Source: Balamuthia mandrillaris (Eukaryota). From it: a stretch of 64,000 nucleotides of DNA. Made by a program: the position numbers and the translations under genes. The DNA lies in NCBI GenBank assembly GCA_031835245.2, contig JAVKOQ020000081.1:62001-126000 (forward strand), written 5' to 3'. The notes under the pieces were generated by a model. The model was given only the letters and a program-made list of their open reading frames with translations. It did not search any database and had not been told where the DNA came from. Positions 48,714 to 60,404 of the stretch are shown here, piece by piece; the first letter of the stretch is position 1, and each line of letters begins with the position of its first letter.

Positions 48714-48735
48714 TCGTTCTCTCTCTTTCTCTCTC
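48485..48735. repeat. (CTCTGT)n/(CT)n microsatellite
   Basis: Directly visible. Confidence 0.9.
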
Positions 48736-49207
48736 TTCCTAACAAAACTTTCAAAAATATTAGATCTGTGCAGCACATGCGAAAGCAACTCGGGGAGTAC
48801 GCACGACCAGAACCACGTCTTCCTAAAGATCAAACGACCCTTCCCTTCGACGGCCTCTCAAGCCGGCCCTTATCTTCCCAACTTTTACGACGACAGCAGC
48901 ACTCTTCCTCGTCCTGTTGTTCGCCCTGCTTACAGAGACTAACAAGTTCTTTTTCGTTTCAGACCTTCATGTTCTGCTGCATCTTGTTGTTCTTGTTCTT
49001 CTTCTTGTTCTTCTTCTTGTTCTTGTTCTGCTTGTTCTTCTCCTTGTTCTTCGTCTTCTTCCTCTTCTTCTTCTTCTGCTAGGAGAGAAGAAAGAGAGCA
49101 AAGAGAGAAAAGAAAAGAGAGAAGAAGGAGCAACTTGTAGAGACCATGGAACAAGGAAGAGGACAGGCTTTCAGGAAAGGAGGAATCCCTTCTTTGATCT
49201 TTTGTTT

Positions 49208-51229
49208 TTAAACTAAAGAGTAGACAGGTTGGTTGTTAGCATAATGGTACCCTTTGTCCAGGCCATTACAGGCCGCGAGGCAGCAGCAAGTGCCCACCAA
49301 TCCCTCCCAAACGAAGAGTGGAGCAAAGATCGATGCCCATGACCACCCTTTCGCCTCTTCCAGGTTGATGGTCAGCAGCAACAGGAATACTAGTGTGTCG
49401 TTAGGAGGAGAATAATAAAGGGCTACAGCTGAAAGCAGAAACACTCTGAGAGAGAGAGAGAGAGAGAGAGAAAACAGGTACCAAGAACAGGAATGGCAAA
49501 GATACAGCAACACCACCCAAAGAGATTGCGATCCAAACGAAACCAAGGATGGTGCATCGGAATGCGTGACCATCTTTCTCCCACCAAGTTACAATCGCAA
49601 AAGAAGCAAGCGCTCGAACAATACAGCGCTCCCCAAACGGCGAAAAACGGAGCGAGAGTGTACCACCAGTTCTTCCAAACGGAAAAGGAAGTGTCGTGGT
49701 TAACATCGTCCAACCGAAGGGTCACGAAGAGCAACCCGAGGAGGAAGAGAAGGGTGGGTATCAGGACGAAGCACAGTTGACAAGTCCACAGTGATTCCTT
49801 CCCTTTTTGCCAGACAGGTCGTACATCTAGGTCGTTGTCTCCAAATGTTCCAAACTAACAATGAAAAGGAGAAGAACATAAGTATTGTTGCGACGGAGAA
49901 GGAGAAGTAAAGATAGAGGAGTAGAAGGAGGAGAAGACAAAGCAGAAAGAGAGAAACGACAAGAAAGACCCTTATTAAGGGTCAAAAACATACCCAAAGC
50001 AACAATAAACCAACAAACAAGAGAGGAGATATGGCAATGGTCCAATGTGATATCACGCCATTCAACTTCAGCAGCACCATTGCTGGAAATAACAGCAGTG
50101 CTGTGACAATAGCCTGAAGTTTTGTCCTGAAGCAGCATCCGGATGTCAAGAGGTTCATTGCCTGGAGAACATTTTTGGCGTCTTTAACTTCGCTTTGGTT
50201 TTTTTGAAAGCAAAGCATGGAACATAAACATAAGAATACGTATCAGCACGTAAGAGAAAAAACAAGAAGAAGAAGAAGAAGAAGAAGAAGAAGAAGAAGA
50301 AGAAGAAGAACAAGAAGAAGAAGAAGAAGAACAATAACAAGAACAAGAAGAAGAAGATCATGAACAATGAAGAAAGAAGGAGCAAGAGACGTACAAAGGA
50401 GGAAGGCTTGCAAAACGACAACGCAACAAGCTATATCCTGCAAAGCCACAAAACATCTGCCCAAAACACAGCAAGAAGGGCAGGAGCACTGCAAACCAAG
50501 GCCACTCGATCCTTCCGTCCAGGCGACACGCCACAAAGGCCGTCCCCACGATGAGGAACACCCACAGCACCAGGTCATGGCAAGGCGAGAAGCAGGCGGT
50601 GGTCAGGCCTCTCTCCCATCGCCCTCGTTGCAGCTCTTGCCGGCGTTGGCGGCGTTGGGCTCCGTCCTGAGCCCTTGTTTGGAAGTGCTGTTGGAGGAGG
50701 GGACCCCAACACGGGTCTTCCATCAGAACCTTTTGCCATTCTTTGCATGTCTTCAAAGCGGGCATTGTGAGAGAAGAGAGCGAAGGAACAGAGAGAAGCA
50801 TGAGAAGAAGAGGAAGAGAAGAGAAGAAGAGAGCGACGAAGATAACGAGAGAGCAGAAAGACCAACCAGAGAGGCGTTGGCCAAAGAGTAAATATCTTCC
50901 TCCAAATAACTGAATATATGAAGGCCTATCTCGGTGGGCAGTACAAAATCGGACCCAGCTGCGAGGCCTCCCCTGTTAGAAGAAGAAGACGAAGAGAGCA
51001 AACTTGCGGCCGAAAGAGAGGAATACAAAGCGGCAGCGGTGTTGAAGGAATATTCCTCGGTTGTCGTGGAAGAGGGACCACCGAAAGAAACGGTTGGATA
51101 GAGCGAGGAAAGGGCATGCGGATTTTGTTGGGAGTCCTTCAGGAACAAAAAGCCTTCTTCTTCCTCCCCCTCCTCCTCCTCTCTCAGGGTCGGCAGCAAC
51201 AGGCTTTCTTCGTCGTTCTCTTCTTCCAT
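49208..51229 (-). CDS. F-box protein with TMEM185/TMEM60-like multi-pass membrane repeats; multi-exon
   Basis: F-box LPTEIGLHIFSYL..SLANASL/TCKEWQKV..DPCW; repeated TM units CRLDGRIEWPWFAVLLPF, LKLNGVISHWTIAISPL, LRLDDV..WKNWWYTLAPF, INLEEAKGWSWASIFAPLFVWE. Confidence 0.72.
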
Positions 51230-51710
51230 TGTTCTCTTTTTCTTATTTGCTTTTTTCTTTTTCGTGATTCCTGTAATTACAGGAAACGACAAGGCGGGAA
51301 GAGCCAAATATACGGCGGCGTAGAGTTCGACAATTTTTGCCTTGGTTCAACGTACGCTCTCCTTTGGTTTTCGCTTGGACTGAAGGGAAGCCACCTCCCT
51401 GTTGATACTTTGGTTGGGGTACCATGTGGCGGCATTGTTACGCTCCAAACCTGGAGACGAATTTTATTGGCCATCCCCCAAGGACAGGTCTGGCCCCTTT
51501 GTCAAGGAGCAGCGAGTCCAGCAAGATACGCGCCTGCCCCCGTTTGGCACGCCACAAACCGATATTCGATGCAAGGCGTTGGCCATGCATTTGTTGCGCT
51601 GCGCTATCGTCTCGAAGACAAAGCAAGAAAAAAGAAAACAGGACGTGTTATCTCATGCAAACTGAAACCAAACCAAACTCTGGGCGAGAGGGGAAAACAA
51701 AAAGCTCCTC

Positions 51711-54700
51711 TCACTGCGTCTTGGTTTGAACTTGCCGCTGAAGCTGACAAAGAAACTCATAGTAGGAGGGCAGGGTCTTGGTGCGGTCGTCCACAAAATG
51801 GCTAAAGAAGCGAATCTCGGTGGCGTCGCCCTCTCGGATGACGTAGAGCTTTTGTAAGCCCGGTCGCTCCCTGCGAATGGCCTCCACGATGGCGCACACC
51901 TTCACAGAGTATTCGTTCTCTCTTCGGTGCAGCTGCGGTTGGTAAAGGGACAAAAAAAATAAGAACAAATACTCTGAAAAAAAAATCGGCGAAGAAAGAA
52001 GGAAGGGACAAAGGAAGGAAGGAAACACAAACCTCAAGTTCTTCAATAGCAGCAAGGCTGGATACGCCAAACAATTGTTCCAGAAGCTCTCCATGTACGG
52101 CCTTCCCTATCCACAGCAGCAAATACTGGCCGTCATCCAAAAGGAACAACCCCGATTGGTCCAACTTTTCGGTGGAGAGGTTTAATACTGGCGGTAACAC
52201 CACCTTTCCATCGTCCCCTTTCACTCCACACTTTGTTGTTTTGTTTGTAAGTTTTGGTTGGCCAGACCGAAAGATAGAAACGACAAGAAAGAAGCAAAGA
52301 AACGACAAGAGAGAGAGAGAGAGAGAGATCAAGAACCGTACCTCTGGGGACAAGTCCTTCAATGCATACAAATGCGGATAAATGAAGGGGATGGTCATTT
52401 GCACAGACAACGTCCTCAACAGTCCAAGATGGTAGGCCCTCTCATCCGGTCGTATGTCGGAGCCTGCGCGGAAAGCCAAGTTCTTAATCAACGCCAACGT
52501 GTAGAGGGGTAGCAGCTTCAGGGACTCGGGCAGCACCAGTTGGGTGGAGGAGGTGTTGGGAGAGGCAAAGGAGCTGCGGTAGACGCTCAAGATGTCGATG
52601 CACTTGTTGAGGAGGGCTTGTCGAGTGTCACTAAGCTTCGATGTCAGAGCTTTCTCGATTGCTGTTATCATTATTGAAAGAATAATTATAAGAATAATAA
52701 TAATAGCAAGAAGAAGGAGAAGGAAAAGGAGAAGGAGAGGAACAACAAACCCATTTTAGTAGTAAGAGTAACGATGGCATCCACATCAGCAAACTTGAAA
52801 AGATCGCTGAGAGAGGAAGTCACAGGCAAGCATACCGTGGCTACGCGGATGCGTCGCTCTCCGAAAGAGGTTGTGTATAGCAGGGCGTTCTGGATGGAGA
52901 CATACTTGGTAGTGGTGAAGGCCTCTGCCAGTTGGAATTGTACAGCAAAGGCTTTGTCGCAGTCGACAGCAGGCAAGGCCAACAGATCGGAGCTTCGAAT
53001 GAAGAAGTTACCATAGTGAGATTGCACCTTTAAACCTGTATAATGTTCAAAAAAGAAGTTACGTTCAGCAAAGGGTAGAAGAGAAGAAGAGCAGAATGAG
53101 AGAGCTATCCTAACCTTTACTGGCCCGAATGCGCATGACAGCTTCCCAACCAGTCTCACGGGTGAGAGCGTTCTTCAGGTCCAAAGAAAACTTTTGTCCA
53201 TCTTTCTGCACGGCATAGGCCGGGTAGTAGAAGGTCTGGCCACCAGTGTACCTCGACAAAGTGCTGAGCGTGGCCACATCAGTGTATTGAGGAGAGAACA
53301 GAAAAGTGTCCACTGAGATTTGCTGCCGCGAGCAATCTAGAGCAAAGTCCTTGTAGAAGTTCTCCTCTGGCTTCAGGAGATTAACCTCCTTGTCGGTGCC
53401 CAAGAGCTTGGTGTCTTCTCGCTGCTTCAAACGGGCAAAACCGAGGGATGGCAGCTTGCTCAGGAAAAGCATCATCTTACCTCCGATCGGGCGCTGCGTT
53501 CATTGTGATTTTGTTTCATATATTGTGGTTAATTCCAAACTGAAGGCAAGAGGAAATACACGAAAGTTTAAAGGACTCACCATGATATTCCAAACGGCCT
53601 TGAGAGCAGGGCCAAGAGCAGATTCGACATTGTTGGTATTGGCGTGCATGGAGGGCAAGCGGGCAAGAAGCGAGTCCACCACCTCTCTCGATTCCTTTAG
53701 GTTGACCAACATGTCATCTGGCAAAGGGAGGAAAACGTCCTCAATGTCAGACACAACCAACATTCTTGGTTGTGTCAGAGAAGACTGTTTTTTAATAACC
53801 AAGTTGTACAAAAAGATCAGTGATTGTTTAACACAAAGGAAGGAGAAAGAAGAAAGATAGAAACCTTTAAATTGTAAAAGTGAATAGTGCTGTCAAAGGT
53901 TACGAAGCCAACATAAGTCCTGTCATTATCAGGCAGGCTATCGAGGGTGCTCTGGATGCTCTCCACACAGGTCTTCAACATGCCCGAGGAAATGCTATAA
54001 TAGGAGACGTCGATGACGAAGAAGTAGGTGGGTGGCATGGGGCGCCTGACCATATACTCCGAAGGCGCCACAAACTCCACGCAGCCCTTGCTCAGTTCAG
54101 GTCTTTCGTTTTGGTCCAATCGTCTCAGGCCGGTTTTGTCCATTTCACAAAAGTATCCCGTAGGAACTGTAGTTACATTTTTTTTTGAGAAAAAAACACA
54201 CGTTTCATGTTAGAAAAAGAAGCGCTAAGGAAAAAAAAAAAGGAGAGCGAAGAAAGTACCTTCGTTGGGAAGACCACAAAGGTTGCAACGCCACCTCCTA
54301 CCAGCATCAATGAATTGGACAAAGGGATTGATGTAAGCCCTGCAATTGCGGCAACGTAGAATGCCAATTGATCCAAAGTTGACCACAGGAACCTCCTCTC
54401 CGTGGGAGAGAGGCTGCACTACAGCTCCCAGAGGAATGCAAGCCTTGGTCAGCATGGCAGGAGAGTTGGGGATAGCGTTGATGGTCATGCGCATGAAGGT
54501 GGCGGGACATTGCGACTCTGCTCTCGGCTTAAGCTCATCTTCCTGCCCCAAGGGACGCATTTGTTGTTGGAATTGCTGTTGTTGGTACTGTTGTTGCTGA
54601 TAAGGCTGTTGCTGCTGCTGGAACGGAGGAAATTGTTGTGGTTGGTATTGCTGCTGTTGTGTATATTGTTGTTGAGAAGATCTAAACGGGTCCATTACAG

Positions 54701-55577
54701 GCGGTGCTCCTCCACCATAGGGATAAGCGCCTCCTTGCTGTTGCCCAGAAGGAGGAGGATAGGCTCCATACGAGGAAGGAGCTTGTTGTGTTTGTTGCTG
54801 GAGGGAGAGGTTTTGAAGCTGGGCGGTGGTAGCGTCCATGACTCCGCCATAGCCTCCTTCGCCGCCTCCACCCTCAGGATCAGGGTAATAGCGTGGCCCT
54901 TGGTTGTGTTGAGGAAGAGTTGTGGAGGGAGCAGTGGAAGATGAGGGGTTGAATGCAGGAGTGAGATAAGGAGAACTGGTAGTCCACGTGGAAGTAGAAG
55001 TGGAAGAGGATGAAGAAGAAGAAGAGGACGAGGAAGTACTAGGAGGCGGCGAAGAGAAGGACGCAGAGGAAGGACCGTTGGAAGAGGGAGGGCCTCCACC
55101 AGAAGGAGGAGGAGCAGCGCCATGGAAAGAACCTGGGTTAAAGCCAGAGACACCGCTCACAGGTCCCCCAGTAGCACCCGGAAGAGGAGGACCTCCTGAA
55201 GAAGAAGAAGGTGGTGTTGAAGGGGAGGCCAGGGGAGGTCCCTGTTGGTGTTGATGTTGGTGTTGTTGCAATGGTGGTGGAAATCTTCCTGAGGAGGAGG
55301 AACCAGGAAAGGAAGAAGGCGCAGCGGATGTTAGCTGCGGCGAAGAGGTGGAAGAGCCATAAGGAAAAGGAGTGGTAGATGCAGATGGAGGAGGAGCAGC
55401 AGTGGGAGTGTGTTGCTGGAAAGGAGGTTGAGAAGAGGGAGGGTAACCTGCACCAGGATAAAAATTGGTGGGTTGTTGTGGGGGAGGTTGACCGTAAGGG
55501 ATGGTGGTGGTGGCTGCACCCATGGGAGCACCTCCAGTGATGCCCTCATGGCCTGGGTACACTCGTCGTTTGCTCAT
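51711..55577 (-). CDS. SEC24: COPII coat cargo adaptor Sec24; multi-exon
   Basis: Pro/Gln-rich N-terminus; Zn finger RCRNCRAYINPF..WRCNLC; RPELSKGCVEFVAPSEYMVR; YFFVIDVS; VGFVTFDSTIHFYNL; GWEAVMRIRAS; LLYTTSFGERRIRV; LPESLKLLPLY; SYYEFL. Confidence 0.97.
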
Positions 55578-56093
55578 CTTGTCTTATTTTTTTGCCTGGT
55601 AGAAAATAAAGAAAAAAAAAAAAGAGTGAGCGTCAAACTTGCCAACAACACGCAAATCAACATCTCATTCCTCTCGTAAGAAGGATGGAAGAAAAAGAAA
55701 AAGGGTGAGGAGGAAAGGGAGAACACTCACTCAGTGTTAAAAAAAAGGCAATCCAATCCAAACGAAACAAAATAGCTGGCTAGGGAGGGTGAGGTCCCTT
55801 TTTTTTGGGGGGGTTTGTGTGAGTTCTCTCTCTTTCTTTCTCTCTCTCTTCACTACGTTTTTTTTTGCTGACCAGACCCCAAAAAAAGAAAAAACCAAAA
55901 CAAAAATTTGTTTATTTGGATGGGAGCCTACGTGGCGTTTGGTGCTGGCCGTGTGTCGACCAAGACACGTCATCCTAGAATTGTCGACGAAAATTCAGAA
56001 GGCCCCCCTCATTAATGTCGACATGCAGTATGTGTCGCTTGGTGCAGCAGTGTAACAAAAAAACAAAGAAGGGGTGGGTGGGACCGGAGAGAA

Positions 56094-58843
56094 ATGGCGA
56101 ACAGACAGCGACGCAGGACCTCGAGGTTGCTGACGTTCGCCTTGGGTATACTTTGTGGGGGCCTCTGTTCCTTCTTCTTGTTCCTCTGGCCATCCATCCC
56201 GCAACCCCAAGGGTTTGAGCTTGAGCTTCCCTCGGAACGCACGGGACTACGCAACCCTTCATTCTTTTCCACACCTCCTTCTTCAGGGATGCTGGCACAA
56301 CCAGGATTGGACGCAGGCGGAAGCTTGTGGTTTCCACATTCAAAGGAGCCGGAGATCTCGGTGGTAATGTTGTACAAAGGTCGGGTTGGAACTACGTTCA
56401 AGGCTCTCCAAAGTCTACTTAACACAACCCCAGCTCATTTTTCTTACGAGGTTATCCTCGTGGACGATTTCACCACCGAAGAGGACGAAAACGAGGGCCT
56501 TCCTGCGGATTGGCTTCACAAGAACATCCACGGTGTGAAGCACCTCCGCAACGACCGGAACCTTGGGTATCTCCTTGCGTACAACAACGCTTTCATTCAC
56601 GTCCATCCCCAGGTTCGTTACTTGGCGCTTCTCAACAACGATCTGGTGTTACTTCCCGGCTGGATGGAAGCAATGAGAAACACCTTTAGGAAGCACGCAA
56701 ACGTGGGTCTAGTCGGCAGCAAATTACTGCATGCTTCAGAAAGCAACAAGGGAACCCGCTTACTACAGGAGTCCTGTAGCATCGTCTGGTCTGATGGCAC
56801 TGGCTGCAACTACGGCTACAACAATGACCCAAACCTTCCAGAATACAACTACGTGCGAGACGCAGACTATTGCTCTACAGCGGCCGTCATGATAGATGCA
56901 GCACCCCTGTTCAAGGCTGGGCAGCTCTTTGACACTCGTTACGTTCCTGCTTACTTCGAGGATACTGACCTCAACTTTGACCTCCGCAATAGACAGGGGC
57001 TTAGAGTGCTGTTCCAACCAGATGCAGTGGCCATTCATCACCAAGGACTCACCAACGGGAACGACCCTTCCGATCACAGCTCCATCAAACATTACCAAGA
57101 CATCAACCGAGCCAGGTTCGTGGAGAAGTGGCGGGAAGTGCTGGAAAGAGACCATCTGCCCAGCTTCTGTAGCATAGCTTCGACCTGCCATCTTGGCAGG
57201 GATCGCTCGGTTTTGCGAGGCAGCGGGACTGGTGGGGATGGCATCATGGAAGGCCTGCGCGTGCTTGTCATTGACTATAAGTTTCCTACGCCGGACAGGG
57301 ACACTGGCTCTCTGCGCATCTCAGAAATCATCTCCATCTTGCAGGAAGAGGGATGTGCAGTGAGCTTTGCGGCTGAGGACATTAGCTATGACAACCACTA
57401 CACCACGTTGTTGGAGCAACGCGGCGTGCAAGTCCTGCGGCTGCCTTACCATGGCATCAACGAACGATATCGTGAGGTCCACCCCTACTTTGATGTAGTG
57501 ATCCTCAGTCGCAGAGACGTCTTCACAAAGCACTATGACGCTGTGAGGCAGGTCTATCCAGAAGCGCAGGTGTGGTTTGACACGGTGGACCTCCATTTCG
57601 TCCGTGAAGCTCGAGCGCTGCAGCCCCTTAGATTGGAATGGGATCGGCAAAAAGTAATGGATAATCCACTAGCGGTGCAAGAGCTTGCAGTAATTCAGGA
57701 TATGGCCGATTTGACCTTTGTGGTGAGTACATACGAGTATGACCTGCTTATTAAGGAGTTCCAAGTGGCGGAAGCCAAGGTTATGATACTGTCGTTGATT
57801 AACGAGGTACGACCTGCCTCATCTTTACTTACTTGTTCTATTTGTTCCTCTTGGTCTTCTTCTTCCTCCTCTTGTTCTGCTTCTTGTTGTTCTTCTACTA
57901 CTTCCTTCGTGTATTCTTCTTCTTCTTTCCTCTTCTCGTCCGTCGTTAACGGTACCCCGTTGTATGCATACACCAAACACAGGAGAAGGTTTCACAACCA
58001 ACCTTTAAAGAGCGGGCCGGCCTGATCTACGTTGCCAGCTACAACCACCAGCCCAATGTTGACGCCATAGCATGGTACTTGCGAGACGTTCACCCCCTAG
58101 TGCGGCGCTGCCTTCCTCCAGAGTCCGATGAGAAAGCGGGCACCTTGATGGTCGTGGGCAGCCCCGTCCACCCTGCTAAGATGCCCAGTTGGGTCATCCA
58201 CCACCAGCCCCCACTGGACGAAGCTGAGGAGAAGCGGCAGATGCAAGAAGAATGGGAAAAACAGAGGTTAGCGATAGGAAGAAAAAGAAACCCAACGGCT
58301 GAAGATAAAGCAGCAGTTCAGGCTACCTTCGAGGCAGAGCACACAGGATGGAGCACACGCAAAGATGGCTACGTATTGCTGGGCTATGTCGAGGACACTG
58401 ACCCGCTCTATGACCGCGCGAGGATGAGCATCGCGCCGCTACGTTATGGGGCCGGGGTGAAGGGCAAAGTCAGCCAGAGCATGGCCAAGGGCGTGCCGGT
58501 GGTGACCACCTCCATCGGAGCGGAGGGCATGGGCCTGGTGGACGGGGAGCACGCCCTCATCGCCGACACGGCGGAGGGGTTTGCCGACAAGGTCTGTCAG
58601 CTGCACAGGGAGGAGGCGCTGTGGAACAGGCTGAGGGCCAACGGGATGAAGAAGGCGGAGGAGGCCTTCTCCAAACGGGCCGCGAGGAGGGTCCTGGCGC
58701 CGTTGTTGGAGGAGGTGAGGGTGAAGGGACGGGCCTCGAGGAGGGAGGCAATGGATGCTGCATGTCATTCGCTAAAACGGAACCTCAGGAAGGAAGAGAA
58801 GAAAAAACTAAAGATGGAGAAGAAGAAGCAAACAAAAAGCTAA
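56094..58843 (+). CDS. Type II membrane bifunctional GT2 + GT4-like glycosyltransferase of bacterial type; one intron (57807-57982)
   Basis: N-terminal signal anchor; GT2 YEVILVDD, RNLGYLLAYN, LLNNDLV, VGSKLL, YNYVRDADYCS, YVPAYFEDTDL; GT-B part RVLVIDYKFPTPDRDTGSLRI, FDTVDLHFVRE, YNHQPNVDAI, IAPLRYGAGVKGKVSQSMAKGVPVVTTSIGAEGM. Confidence 0.9.
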
Positions 58844-59094
58844 CCCAGGACCCCCCTCCCCTGCATAATAGTTTTTTTTTTACTCTTCCCTTCTTCCTGG
58901 GGAGTTCACGCATTCTCCTGGCTGTTGTACCCCTATCATTCCTCTCTCTCTCTTCTCTCTGTCTCTCCAGTCCTGGCCTCCCTACTGTCTCTTATCCTTG
59001 CTCCTCTCGTCCATTCATTTTTATTTGTTTAATTGCCTGGACCTCCCCCCCTTGTGTTTTGCGAGTAAACACACAGAAGCAGACAAAAGGGTTC

Positions 59095-60304
59095 ATGATG
59101 ATGCAGAGAGCTTTGCCGCTGACCGGTTCGTCGTCTTCTCTTCCTCTTCCTCTTCCTCTTCCTCTTCCTCTTCCTCTTCCTCTTCCTCTTCTCTTCCTCT
59201 TCCTCTTCCTCTTCCTCTTCCTCTTCCTCTTCCTCTTCCTCTTCCTCTTCCTCTTCCTCTTCCTCTTCCTCTTCCTCTTCCTCTTCCTCTTCCTCTTCCT
59301 CTTTCTCCCTTTCGAAAATAAAACAAAACTGATCTTGTGAAAAAAAAATGTAAAGATTTTGAAAAGCAGTTGTTGCAAGAGATAAAAGCCTTTCGTGCCA
59401 ATCCCAGTTCCTACGCGGCCATCTTGGAGCAAACCAGGAAGCCTCACTACAGCGGCAATGTCCTGACGGTCGACCGCGTTCGCATGAGGACCGAAGAGGG
59501 CGTCGCCGCCTGCGATGAGGCCATCGCCTACTTGAAGGGCCTTCGCGGAGCGCTGCCCGAGCTGGAGCTGGAGTATGGCCTCGTGATCGCCGCCAAGGAG
59601 AGCTGCAAGGAGAATGGCAGCCAAGGCGCGTTTGACACCAACGCCGTCGAGAAGCTTTCTCATTTGGGTGCTCTTGATGGAGGTTCGCGTCTTTTATCTC
59701 TTTTCTCGTTCTCTCATTCTCTCTCTCCTCTCGTCCTATCGTTCCGTTCCCTCTTCTATGCTTCTGTGCTTCTCTCTTCTGTGCTTCTCTTCTTCTCTCT
59801 TCTTCTCTCTTCTCTCTTCTCCTCTCTTCTTCTCTTCTTCTCTCGTCTCTCTCCTCTCTCTGTTTTTTGTCTCACTCTTTCTGGTTATCTTTGTTCTGCG
59901 CAACAAAGGTCAGATGAGAACCCTGGGTGAGGCATGCGAGGTTTCGGCCTTTGGTGCAGGTTCCGCCAGAGACACTTTCCTCGGATGGTTGATCGGGGAT
60001 GGCGACCCAGACCGCAGCTCTCGCAAGCACCTTTGCAATGCCAAGTGGAAAAAAGTCGGCGTTGCCGCTGGACCACATGCCTCAGAGTGTGAGATGATGG
60101 TCATCGTCACTTTGGCCACTCACTTTAAGATTGACGATGAGGTTGGTAGTTTAGTTTCCTCTTTCTTCTTTCTTCTTTTGGTTTCTCTCCTCTCTCTCTC
60201 TCTCTCTCATAATGGTCTGATTTGCTTCTCTAACCGTTCTCTTTGTTTTGTAGGTCGCTAAGAAGTTGAGCTCTTTTGCTCATTTGTGGTCCACTGGCAA
60301 GTAA
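59095..60304 (+). CDS. Intracellular CAP/SCP-like domain protein (degenerate); multi-exon
   Basis: LLQEIKAFRANPSSYA..TEEGVAACDEAIAYL..LPELE..GLVIAAKE; SARDTFLGWLIGDGDPDRSSRKHL..WKKVGVAAGPH; no signal peptide. Confidence 0.7.
59137..59302. repeat. (CTCTTC)n hexanucleotide microsatellite in an intron
   Basis: Directly visible. Confidence 0.95.
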
Positions 60305-60404
60305 AGACACATTTGTAACAAATAGCAATACGATTGTAGCATTAAACAAATGTATTCACAGCTAGAAAATAACGACATACTTTCACTCAACAGAAGTCCG
60401 TTCT

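Noticed and set aside
48310..49160. Possible small minus-strand gene with an acidic Glu/Gln tract
   Set aside because: No consistent spliced frame or recognisable domain could be built; may be UTR or decayed sequence.
58992..59401. Poly-RK / RG (protamine- or RGG-like) ORFs on the minus strand
   Set aside because: Antisense reading of the (CTCTTC)n intron repeat.
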